A stretch of 64,000 nt of DNA, from positions 486,926-550,925 of the forward strand of contig DAOSXA010000003.1 in assembly GCA_035380245.1 (NCBI GenBank), given 5' to 3'. The DNA comes from Candidatus Zixiibacteriota bacterium. Its GTDB lineage: Bacteria > Zixibacteria > MSB-5A5 > GN15 > FEB-12. Shown here piece by piece: positions 35,918 to 43,766 of this stretch; positions within the stretch are counted from its first letter, which is position 1, and each line of letters begins with the position of its first letter. A model generated the notes under the pieces. That model was not told where the DNA came from. It ran no database searches and saw only the letters and a list, made by a program, of their open reading frames with translations. The position numbers were made by a program, and so were the translations under genes.

Positions 35918-37726
35918 TTAGGTCTGCTTGGAATGTTTGGGCTGGAAGCGGGGAAGAATGACCCGGAAGCATGTTCCCAGGCCGTGGGTCGATTCTGCCT
36001 CGATAGTACCGTGATGGTTCTCGATGATCTTGCGGCAATTGGCCAGACCGAGTCCATGCCCGCCCTTTTTGGTCGTGAAGTGCAGGGTGAAGATCCGGTC
36101 CAGGGTTTCTTTGGCCATACCGACGCCGTTGTCGGTTACTTCCACCACCACCTTCTCATCTTCAGCGCGATAAAAAGCTTTCAAGCCGATTTCGCGTTTG
36201 AATTCCATGCCGGACTCTTCCTCTTTAATCGCCCGCTCTTCAATGGCATCGGCGGCATTGTTAAGCAGGTTCAAAAGCACCTGCTGAACCTGTCCGACAT
36301 CCATCTCGACATTGGGGAGATCGTGTCCGAGGTCAATGGTGAAATGAGACCGCTTGAAACGCGGCTGCACCCGGAGCGAGAACAGGAGGTCCTCGACCAG
36401 GTGTTTGATGTCATAACTTATGTATTCCGGCTCCGGTTTGGCAAAGTCCATCAGATTGTCGACGAAACGTTTGATCTTGAAGATATTGTCGACGATCATC
36501 TTGGCGTTAAACTTGGCTTTGTCGTGGTTGTCCCGGTCGATATTCAGCGAAAGCAACTCAGCGTTGGTGGAAGCCAGGGCCAGATGGTTATTCAACTCAT
36601 GGGCGATGGAGGCAGCCATTTCTCCCTTGGCGGCCAGCTTCTCGGAGAGGATGAGATATTTCTCCATGACCACTTTCTCAGTGATGTCTTCGAGAGCCAG
36701 AATGATGCCGTCGCGGCCGTTAGGCAGCGATGAAATCGGGTGCAGCTTGAGGGAGAGGACCTTCTCTACGTAATTGGTGTTGTAGAAAAAGCGCGAATCC
36801 GATAAATCCTGCTGAGTCTGGAGGACATTATCGATGATATTGCGCCAACGCAGACGCTCCTCGTCGGGGATAATATCCAGAAACAGCGAGGCGGTTTCAG
36901 CGTCGGTCATGCTGCGGATGTCCTCGCGGTTGATATCGAAAATTTCCAGGGCCACCGGATTCATGGTAGCGATTCGGCCGTCGGAGTCGACAACCACGAT
37001 TCCAACCGGTGATAATTTGATAACCGACTCATTGTACTGCTTCATGCTCAGGAGGGTATTATAGAGCTCGGCGTTGTACAGGGCATTGGCTACCAATTGG
37101 GCATACAATTCGAACTGATACAGGTCGGATTTCAGGAATACCTTGGTCTGGCTGGAATTGTCGACGTAAATCACGCCGATAATCTGTTGCTTGACCTTGA
37201 TTGGAACGCACATGATCGAACGCAGATGAAGTTCCAGCACCGATGCCTGAGTGGAATAACGGTCATCGGCGAGGGCGTCCGAAGTGTACACTGATTTTCC
37301 GCTGGTGACAACCTGCGAGGCGATGGAACTGCTGATCCGGAATCCTTCGCTGGAGATATCTTCCTTGGCCAGATTATGCCGCATGCGAACTTTCAGCTCA
37401 CCTTCTTCGTCGAGCAGCATGATCAGTCCGCGTTCGGCCTGCATCAGTTCGATCGCCTTTTGCATGACGATACGAAGGACGTCATCGGCGACCAGTGAAG
37501 AGTTCACCGCCAGTGAGGCTTCCAGAAGTGCTCGTAAATCCTCGACCGCTTTCGAGGATTCACCGTCGCTCAATTCGATGCGTGGATTCGCCTCGGCGAC
37601 TTCTTCCAGTGTTGCTTCCAGATCGGCGAAAATATCGGCGGCCTGGTTGGCATCAGGGTCCGGCGTCGCGCCTAACTGTTCGGTCACGATTCGTCCGGTA
37701 GCATTGGAGTCTTTAGTCTTGCTCAT
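35918..37726 (-). CDS. Cytoplasmic GAF-PAS sensor histidine kinase
   Basis: GAF-like region (aa ~70-215), PAS-like region (SPVGIVVVDSDGRIATMNPVALEIF), H-box ASIAHELNNHL, N-box LLNLLNNAADAI, G1 DNGVGM, G2 GGHGLGL. No TM segments seen. Confidence 0.85.
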   Translation of the reverse strand: MSKTKDSNATGRIVTEQLGATPDPDANQAADIFADLEATLEEVAEANPRIELSDGESSKAVEDLRALLEASLAVNSSLVADDVLRIVMQKAIELMQAERGLIMLLDEEGELKVRMRHNLAKEDISSEGFRISSSIASQVVTSGKSVYTSDALADDRYSTQASVLELHLRSIMCVPIKVKQQIIGVIYVDNSSQTKVFLKSDLYQFELYAQLVANALYNAELYNTLLSMKQYNESVIKLSPVGIVVVDSDGRIATMNPVALEIFDINREDIRSMTDAETASLFLDIIPDEERLRWRNIIDNVLQTQQDLSDSRFFYNTNYVEKVLSLKLHPISSLPNGRDGIILALEDITEKVVMEKYLILSEKLAAKGEMAASIAHELNNHLALASTNAELLSLNIDRDNHDKAKFNAKMIVDNIFKIKRFVDNLMDFAKPEPEYISYDIKHLVEDLLFSLRVQPRFKRSHFTIDLGHDLPNVEMDVGQVQQVLLNLLNNAADAIEERAIKEEESGMEFKREIGLKAFYRAEDEKVVVEVTDNGVGMAKETLDRIFTLHFTTKKGGHGLGLANCRKIIENHHGTIEAESTHGLGTCFRVILPRFQPKHSKQT

Positions 37727-37832
37727 TGAAGTCCGTACTTCCTCCTGAGTAATATCTTGTTTCTTTATCGGCCGACAGGGAGAAACAGTTAACCGGAAAT
37801 CGCTGAAGAATTGTCTTAAGACTTTGTCCGGC

Positions 37833-38483
37833 TTATTCTTTTGTTGGAAGATCGGAAATCTTGAAAGGTTCTGAGCGGGTTGAGAAGTCGCTACGACCGT
37901 AGCCGGTCAGCTCAAGGAATGATGCAAACAAGAAACGGAGCGGTGATGAGCCGCTTGAGGCGGGATCGCTTGATTCTGGTAAGTTAAAGGTAGTCATTGA
38001 AATACAAGCTGCGTTGAGAGTCAGGCAGTAGCGGTTGTGGTTGTTAATCCGATCGTTTAAGGCTATTGATATGAGGATTGAATCGGCCAGAAAACGGTGC
38101 AGTTTGGCTAGCGATGAAAACGAATGCAAGAGTGAATCAGCTGAATCCGAGGGATTCCACTCGAACCGGTCGGTGATCAGGCGATAGTTTAGCTCGAACG
38201 AACCGGATTCCTCAACTACCGCTCGCTCCCCCCACAATCGGCGGGGTTGAACCAGCCGCACGTTGTAATCGACCTGTAAATCTACTCCTTCCCTGAGTCC
38301 TTCAACCCGGCGCGAAGTCAGCAAGCTGGAGAAATCAATCCAGATCACCAGATTCGAGTCGGTTCGGTACAGGTCAAAATCAAGACTACCGGATTCTTCG
38401 GCATCGGTCGAGGTTGCTATCAAGAACCAAAGCAACAGACCGGAAAGAACCCGGCTGAAAAATATGCCGGCACGGTGACCCAT
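37833..38483 (-). CDS. Exported DUF4390-like protein
   Basis: Signal peptide. The core pattern LVIWIDFSSLLTSRRVEGLREGVDLQVDYNVRLVQPRRLWGERAVVEESGSFELNYRLITDRF resembles the DUF4390 proteins found next to ntrYX-type systems. Assigned from memory of the family pattern. Confidence 0.35.
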   Translation of the reverse strand: MGHRAGIFFSRVLSGLLLWFLIATSTDAEESGSLDFDLYRTDSNLVIWIDFSSLLTSRRVEGLREGVDLQVDYNVRLVQPRRLWGERAVVEESGSFELNYRLITDRFEWNPSDSADSLLHSFSSLAKLHRFLADSILISIALNDRINNHNRYCLTLNAACISMTTFNLPESSDPASSGSSPLRFLFASFLELTGYGRSDFSTRSEPFKISDLPTKE

Positions 38484-38497
38484 TGTGTATTAACAGC

Positions 38498-40285
38498 TTA
38501 GAATTTATGGCTAAAGCGTACGTATAACTCCGGGTCGTTGTCGGTGCTGCGATCGAGGCGTTTTGCCGCCGTTACTCTGAGGTCGCTGCCAAGATAGACA
38601 GATACGCCAACCGATTGCTTGAGTTCCTCAAAATAAACTTGTTCATCCTCAGGCATTAAGGCTGGGTCGGTGTTGTCGACATCCACCACCCCGGCATCGT
38701 AGTGAAGCGATACAGCCAGATCGGTTCGCGGGAAGCTCTGACGTAATTCGGCATTTGCCATCATGAACATATCGCCGACAAATTCCTTCTGATCGTATCC
38801 CCGAAGAGTTCCGAGACCACCCAGATAGTAAAGCTTGTGCATCGGTACTTCACCATCGCTGTCGCCGGTTACTCCCCTTAAAAGGAGCATCTTGTGGCGG
38901 TCCAGGCGCTGGTAGCGGGCTACCGACAGCCAATAACGCTTATAGTCGAAGTCGGAATCCAGATCGGGATGGGAGTATTCCATACGAGCCTGGATATTCC
39001 AGCCGGAGCGTTCGAACATGTGTCGCTCATTGCGTGTGTCCAGTTGCAGGTTGACGGCCACGAAACCGTCAATAGAGCCATCCAGGGTTTCAATCCCCGC
39101 CGCTCGGGTGGCCGAGTCGACCATGGCGAAATTCTCCTGGAACGGATCCCCGCCGAACAACGCCCAGAGGTTGTGGTGGGCATCCAGCCAGCGCGATTTT
39201 ACATTATTGTAACTGGCGGTGATCGTCAGTGCCTTAAATGGAGCAAAGCCCAGGGATACTTGAGAGCCTTCGGCCTCCCACCAGTCCTTGTAGTCCTTGC
39301 GAGCCAGGATTGAGGTTATCGAGTTCTCATCCGGTCCGATCACCCAGTCATCATCTGCTGCCAGATCGCGATAATACCGAGCCCCGATTTTGAGGTCGAT
39401 TTTACGCCACAGGTCCTGTTCGATACCCAGATCGAAACGCCAGCGTTCGGAGGCGAAAGCGTAGCCGACTTTACCCCAGAAGGTCGGAATGGAGATATCA
39501 TCATCATGGTATTTCTGACCCCACCAGGCGGAGAAGCCGTCGACCCGGTTATATCCCATATTAACCTGTGTTGAGAACCGGTCGTAATGAGTGGCCAAAT
39601 GGCTTCGATAAGAACGCCGCCGCTTGTGAGCGGTATAAGACTCTCCATATACGGTGGCATCGGGCGCGACATCGATCTGCCCCGTTACCGCAACCATATC
39701 GCCGCGGACCACGGCCTCGGGACCGACATAGATATCGCCGAACAAGGATACGACATCCTTGTTTACTTCACCGTAAACCTCGACATCGCCAATTATGCTG
39801 AATACGGCACCCCGGACGAATTCCTCTTCGTCAATAATTACTGCCCGCTCGAATTCGATTCTGTTTCCACGTCGCAATTGGGACAATCGAGTCGATGATG
39901 CCGAGCGTGAAAGAGCGGTAATGTAGCAGGTATCGTTTTCATATCGTATATGAATATCATGAATATCATCCAGTGATCGGGTAACGCCGTCGATAGTCAG
40001 TCCGGCGTCACTGAACAACACCTGGTCCTTTATTGAAACCCGGTTTGTTTCGATATTAAGATCGTTGCGTTCGAAGTTGACCCGATGGCCGGTTCCCTGA
40101 TCGTCGGAAAAAGCGATCGTTACATCGTTTTTGAGAAACGAAATCGTGAATAAGGTGTCAAAGGTGGTTCGCGGTTCGTAGGTTTTATAATCTCCGTCGT
40201 CAGCTCCTGAAGAAGAACCGACCGTCAGAACCGTAACCATGAGAATTGTTGTCAGCAGATATTTCATATCGAATCTATTTAGCAT
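38498..40285 (-). CDS. Omp85/surface-antigen-type outer-membrane beta-barrel with an N-terminal bactofilin-like beta-helical segment
   Basis: The C-terminal barrel has LYYLGGLGTLRGYDQKEF (Omp85 motif) and a terminal ..YVRFSHKF beta-signal. aa ~175-235, IIGDVEVYGEVNKDVVSLFGDIYVGPEAVVRGDMVAVTGQIDVAPDATVYGE, form bactofilin-like repeats. No obvious POTRA domain. The start at 40285 follows GGAGG (6 nt). Confidence 0.6.
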   Translation of the reverse strand: MLNRFDMKYLLTTILMVTVLTVGSSSGADDGDYKTYEPRTTFDTLFTISFLKNDVTIAFSDDQGTGHRVNFERNDLNIETNRVSIKDQVLFSDAGLTIDGVTRSLDDIHDIHIRYENDTCYITALSRSASSTRLSQLRRGNRIEFERAVIIDEEEFVRGAVFSIIGDVEVYGEVNKDVVSLFGDIYVGPEAVVRGDMVAVTGQIDVAPDATVYGESYTAHKRRRSYRSHLATHYDRFSTQVNMGYNRVDGFSAWWGQKYHDDDISIPTFWGKVGYAFASERWRFDLGIEQDLWRKIDLKIGARYYRDLAADDDWVIGPDENSITSILARKDYKDWWEAEGSQVSLGFAPFKALTITASYNNVKSRWLDAHHNLWALFGGDPFQENFAMVDSATRAAGIETLDGSIDGFVAVNLQLDTRNERHMFERSGWNIQARMEYSHPDLDSDFDYKRYWLSVARYQRLDRHKMLLLRGVTGDSDGEVPMHKLYYLGGLGTLRGYDQKEFVGDMFMMANAELRQSFPRTDLAVSLHYDAGVVDVDNTDPALMPEDEQVYFEELKQSVGVSVYLGSDLRVTAAKRLDRSTDNDPELYVRFSHKF

Positions 40286-40310
40286 TGCTGCCTCCGTTTT
40301 TCTATAGCTA

Positions 40311-40328
40311 TACAACAAATCGCATGCC
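40311..40328 (-). promoter_or_regulatory. Candidate sigma54 (-24/-12) promoter upstream of the Omp85-like gene
   Basis: The minus strand reads TGGCATGCGATTTGTT, against the consensus TGGCAC-N5-TTGC. GG/TTG spacing is correct. There is one mismatch in each element, including -12 C to T. It lies ~25 nt upstream of the start, directly downstream of a sigma54-dependent activator gene. Confidence 0.3.
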
Positions 40329-40415
40329 AACAAGTCAACGTTGGAAATACGTTGAATTTACCGATGCGAACAAGCCCGACCGTGGCAATTTAACATGGTT
40401 GGTAACAAAATCTGT

Positions 40416-41759
40416 TCACTGTTCCGCCTTTATGGCATAGTCACGAATTTTACGCGAAAGGTTAGCCCGGTCGATTTTAAGGCGGCGAGCAGCTTCAGCG
40501 ATGTTGCCGTCGCATTTCGCAAGCGTTTCGGCGATAAGACTGCGTTCGAACCGAGCCATACTCGCATTTAAACCGATTTCATCGGAGTCGGCATTTCGGC
40601 TGCTTCCTGCGCCTAGTTGTTCACGAAGCTCGTTCAATCCGATCGCTCGTCCCGGATAAACAATCGCAAGGCGTTCGATCAGGTTCCGTAACTGGCGTAC
40701 GTTGCCCGGCCAGTCGAGAGTGGTCAGGAAGGAAATAGCCTCGGCGCTCAGGGCGGTCTGACCGTCAGGTGCCAGTTTTCGCAAAAATTCTCCGACCAGA
40801 AGAGGGATATCATCGGGTCGATCTCGAAGCAACGGGACTTCGACCGAAAGGACGCTTATACGATAAAACAGGTCCTCGCGAAACAATCGCTCTTGAACGA
40901 GTTCGGGAAGGTTGCGATTAGTAGCGCAAAGCACGCGAATATCGACCACCCGTTTTTCGACCGCGCCGATAGTCTCGATCTCACCGGTTTCTAAAACCCG
41001 CAGAAGTTTGGCCTGACAGGGAAGAGGCAGATCGCCAATCTCGTCGAGAAAAATCGTTCCTTCATCCGCCAGGGCGAACTTGCCGGGATAGTCTTTGACC
41101 GCTCCTGTGAATGATCCCTTGATATGGCCGAACAACTCCGATTCGAACAGTGTTTCCGGGATGCCCGGACAGTTGACCTTGATCAACGGTTTATTGCGTC
41201 GAGGCGAAGCCAAATGAAGGCGTGTCGCCACCAGTTCCTTGCCGGTGCCGTTGGCCCCGGTGATCAGGACGGTGGCATCGCTCGGAGCCGCCTGTGCAAT
41301 CTGTCGGTTGAGGCGCTCCATCAGGCGCGACCGGCCGATCATCGGCGACTCCCGGTCCACCTCGTCCGCCATCACCGATCGCTGGCGGTCGACTCGCACC
41401 AGCATCATCGCCGCCCGAACCGAAGCAACCAGTCGATCCGGTGCGACCGGCTTTTCGAGATAATCCACCGCTCCGAGTCGGACCGCTTCAAGCGCCACCG
41501 ATATCTCCGATTGTCCCGAAACCACCAGTACGCGGGGGGAGTGTTGTTTCTTTTGTAATTCTTCGAGCAGGGCTATGCCGGAGCGACCGGGAAGATTCAA
41601 ATCGAGCAGGATCAGATCGATTGCGGATCGTTCCATAGCTCGCAGGGCTTCTTCGGAGTCGTTCGCAGGAATGCAGACATAACCTTCATCCTGGAGCAGG
41701 GAAGCGAACGATGAGACAATGTTGGGTTCGTCGTCGACGATGAGAATTTTCTCAGTCAT
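40416..41759 (-). CDS. Sigma54-dependent response regulator (NtrC/NtrX family)
   Basis: Receiver domain (ILIVDDEPNI, DLILLDLNLPG). AAA+ domain with Walker A GANGTGKE, ESELFGH.KGSFTGA (GAFTGA-type) and the RVLCATN region. C-terminal Fis-type HTH (GNIAEAARRLKIDRANLSRKI). Confidence 0.9.
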   Translation of the reverse strand: MTEKILIVDDEPNIVSSFASLLQDEGYVCIPANDSEEALRAMERSAIDLILLDLNLPGRSGIALLEELQKKQHSPRVLVVSGQSEISVALEAVRLGAVDYLEKPVAPDRLVASVRAAMMLVRVDRQRSVMADEVDRESPMIGRSRLMERLNRQIAQAAPSDATVLITGANGTGKELVATRLHLASPRRNKPLIKVNCPGIPETLFESELFGHIKGSFTGAVKDYPGKFALADEGTIFLDEIGDLPLPCQAKLLRVLETGEIETIGAVEKRVVDIRVLCATNRNLPELVQERLFREDLFYRISVLSVEVPLLRDRPDDIPLLVGEFLRKLAPDGQTALSAEAISFLTTLDWPGNVRQLRNLIERLAIVYPGRAIGLNELREQLGAGSSRNADSDEIGLNASMARFERSLIAETLAKCDGNIAEAARRLKIDRANLSRKIRDYAIKAEQ

Positions 41760-43194
41760 TTTCTACTCCTGCCCGAGGAAGGCTGATCGTGATTTGTGTG
41801 CCGAGGTCAGGCTCTGATTGGATTGTCAAAGTTCCGCCCGCATCGGTCACGATCTTTTCAACGATGGCCAGTCCCAGACCGTGGCCTTGTTGTTTGGTGC
41901 TGAAATACGGCAATCGCGCCGATTCGACGGTTTCCGGGTTCATTCCCCGACCGCTGTCACGGACGCACAAATGGATGGTGTCACCCTTGTCTGCGGCAGA
42001 TATCTCGATAAGGTCGCTTATACCGGTGGCATCAAGCGCATTTCTCAGCAGATTGTGAATGACCTCGCGAAAATAGGTTTCATCCAGATTCACCGGCAAA
42101 GAAGACGCGGTACAGGTGACACGAAAATCACGATCGGTCATCTGGTCGCGATACAACTCCGCCATCGAGGTAACCAGTTGGTTCAAGTTGCAAGCGGTCG
42201 GTTTGGGATCGGGCATTTTGGCCAACTGACTGAACCGGTCCGCCAGTTGTTGCAAATGACTCACTTCTTCCGATGCCGCTCTTAACGGTTCGCTGAGTTG
42301 AGCGTTCAAATCCGATTCCGCACTGAGTTTCTGGATCCGATGGAGCGAAATCAGGATCGGTTGTAACGGATTTTTCAACTCATGTGCGAAACGTCGAGCT
42401 ACGGTGCGCCAGGCGGCGACGCGTTCTGTCTGAGCCAGTCTCTGTGTGGTCTCCTGCAGGCGGGCTGACATTCGATTGAAACTCTCTACTAAAGTAGCCA
42501 GTTCGCCTTCGGCGTCGACGGATAACTGTTCTCCAAACTGCCCGTTGGTGATTCGTCCTGCTGCGATGTCCAGTTCGGCGATGGGACGAGCAAGACCGCC
42601 CGCCATGCGTCGCGAGAAAAACCAGGCCAGCAGGCTGGTGATCGCCAGCACGGCAAGAAGCAGAAGTCCGATGAACAGCGTGTAATACGATTTGATTTCT
42701 CCGGACTGGTTTACCGATCCATGCTCTGACTCCTGCAATTTTTGCATGTAATCAGCCGAATGTAAGAAACCGGCTAAATAACGCTTCTCTCCCAAGGTGC
42801 GTGCTACATATTGGATCGTCAGCGTATCCAGTCGCAACAAGCCGACCTCATTGTCTCGGGCATGACCCTTGCAGAATGAACTCAGATCATCATTGGCAAC
42901 GAGACTGTACAGCGTTCCCGGTTGTGTGGTGGTCGTACTCTCAATGTACAAGAAGTCAGCGGCCAAGGGTAAATTCACAGCATGGTCGCCGGCTTCCAGA
43001 ATAACGTTTTCAAGCACCATGTTAAGTCGCTGATGCAGCAAGCGTACCTGCCGATGTTCACCGGATTTATCGCTGCTGAGGAGATCGGTGGTTTCGGAGG
43101 CGATATAATAGCCCAACAACGCTATCAGAACGGAGGGAATTATCGAGAAGAGCAGAAAGAGCCGAAACAGTCTTGAGCCGAATGCCGATTTCAT
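41752..43194 (-). CDS. Membrane sensor histidine kinase, NtrY-like (HAMP-HisKA-HATPase)
   Basis: Two TM segments flank a ~150-aa periplasmic domain. HAMP region. H-box RRFAHELKNPLQPI, N-box IHNLLRNALDA, G1 DSGRGM, G2 GHGLGLAIV. 8-nt overlap with the RR gene. Confidence 0.85.
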   Translation of the reverse strand: MKSAFGSRLFRLFLLFSIIPSVLIALLGYYIASETTDLLSSDKSGEHRQVRLLHQRLNMVLENVILEAGDHAVNLPLAADFLYIESTTTTQPGTLYSLVANDDLSSFCKGHARDNEVGLLRLDTLTIQYVARTLGEKRYLAGFLHSADYMQKLQESEHGSVNQSGEIKSYYTLFIGLLLLAVLAITSLLAWFFSRRMAGGLARPIAELDIAAGRITNGQFGEQLSVDAEGELATLVESFNRMSARLQETTQRLAQTERVAAWRTVARRFAHELKNPLQPILISLHRIQKLSAESDLNAQLSEPLRAASEEVSHLQQLADRFSQLAKMPDPKPTACNLNQLVTSMAELYRDQMTDRDFRVTCTASSLPVNLDETYFREVIHNLLRNALDATGISDLIEISAADKGDTIHLCVRDSGRGMNPETVESARLPYFSTKQQGHGLGLAIVEKIVTDAGGTLTIQSEPDLGTQITISLPRAGVEND

Positions 43195-43766
43195 TGCGAT
43201 TCGTTTAGATACCTGGTCCGATAATCGGCCAGGGCCTGAATGTGAGCCTCAAAGGCGATTTTATCCGGCAGGGCATCGAACGGGAAGAATCGCACCTCCA
43301 TCGCATCGTCGCCCGCCTTGGCGGTGCCGCCGGCAATGTCGGCCAGAAACAGGATCAAGACGGCATTGGTACGGGGGTCGTCATCGCCGGAGTATACATC
43401 GAATAACTCCGTCAGTTTCACGTCCAGCGAGGTTTCTTCCTTCAATTCCCGGACGGTGCACTCACGCGGCGATTCGGACCATTCCATATAACCGGCGGGC
43501 AGACACCACCAGCCGATGTGCGGGGGATGGGCTCGTTTTACCAGCAGGACACGGTTGTTTTCGACGATAATCGCGCCCGCTGCCGGGATCGGATTCTGAT
43601 AATAAACGAATCCACAGTCTTTATTCGGGCAGGCCATGCGACGGTTGCCGTCCAACTCGCGCTCCACCATCTCGGTACGACAGCGTGGGCACCAGCGATA
43701 ACCCATGTGATTGTCTTTCAGGTCGTTTAGTCGTTCGGGATCGAAATCAGAATGTTGCTCACTCAT
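43191..43766 (-). CDS. NUDIX hydrolase with N-terminal zinc ribbon (NudC-like architecture)
   Basis: CPRC..(17)..CPNKDC zinc ribbon. Nudix box GYMEWSESPRECTVRELKEETSL. It overlaps both neighbours (8 nt and 4 nt). Confidence 0.8.
   Translation of the reverse strand: MSEQHSDFDPERLNDLKDNHMGYRWCPRCRTEMVERELDGNRRMACPNKDCGFVYYQNPIPAAGAIIVENNRVLLVKRAHPPHIGWWCLPAGYMEWSESPRECTVRELKEETSLDVKLTELFDVYSGDDDPRTNAVLILFLADIAGGTAKAGDDAMEVRFFPFDALPDKIAFEAHIQALADYRTRYLNESQ

Noticed and set aside
35933-37748. Plus-strand ORFs (266, 117, 76, 65, 154 and 68 aa) across the GAF-PAS histidine kinase gene
   Set aside because: They are antisense to a kinase with complete H, N, G1 and G2 boxes. Their translations are low-complexity.
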